Positions 63,873-64,000 of a stretch of DNA of 64,000 nt are shown here, piece after piece (the stretch's first letter is position 1; each line of letters opens with the position of its first letter). This DNA is from Laetmonice hystrix (lineage: Eukaryota): positions 10,850,001-10,914,000 of the forward strand of contig OZ249437.1 of the NCBI GenBank assembly GCA_965235115.1, in the 5' to 3' direction. A program made the position numbers and the translations under genes. The notes beneath the pieces were generated by a model. The model did not search any database, was not told the DNA's origin, and worked only from the letters and a program-made list of their open reading frames with translations.

Positions 63873-64000
63873 TCTCTTCTGTAGGTACTGCTGTTTGGCC
63901 ATGTTCTGTTTGGCAGCCTGGCGCTGGTAGTTGAAATACTTGTTGGAGTCCTGAGTCAACTCATCGACACATTCCATGACCAGACGTAGGTTCTTCTCTA
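63873..64000 (-). CDS. EIF3H: EIF3H penultimate exon, truncated at the window edge
   Basis: EKNLRLVMECVDELTQDSNKYFNYQRQAAKQNMAKQQYLQKR; AGA|GTATGT, phase 0, joins QQEN of the last exon. Confidence 0.95.

Overview
Eukaryotic, repeat-rich genomic DNA from an animal, most likely an invertebrate; the taxon cannot be determined from the sequence. Four protein-coding genes were reconstructed by hand from splice signals and recognisable protein sequence: MRPL15 (+, 4 exons, 293 aa, 9195-17379), PITHD1 (-, 6 exons, 210 aa, 21394-38112), an SPSB3/SP555-like SPRY-SOCS box gene (+, single coding exon, 48629-49441) and the last two exons of EIF3H (-, 58949-64000, running out of the window). Between the SPSB3-like gene and EIF3H is a decaying tandem cluster of tRNA-Lys(CTT) genes with only one intact copy. 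Introns and intergenic DNA hold about a dozen mini/microsatellites, which explain most long ORFs in the ORF track, and many non-autonomous DNA transposons (MITEs). Most striking observation: four damaged tRNA-Lys copies are all altered at the same 5-bp CCAGG site in the anticodon stem (MITE insertion, 5-bp duplication, deletion ending at the site, substitutions in the site), suggesting a recurrently targeted transposon site. Second: an orphan housekeeping-type promoter with splice donors on both strands at about 18.2 kb, between the 3' ends of MRPL15 and PITHD1. All family assignments are from recalled knowledge, not database searches.
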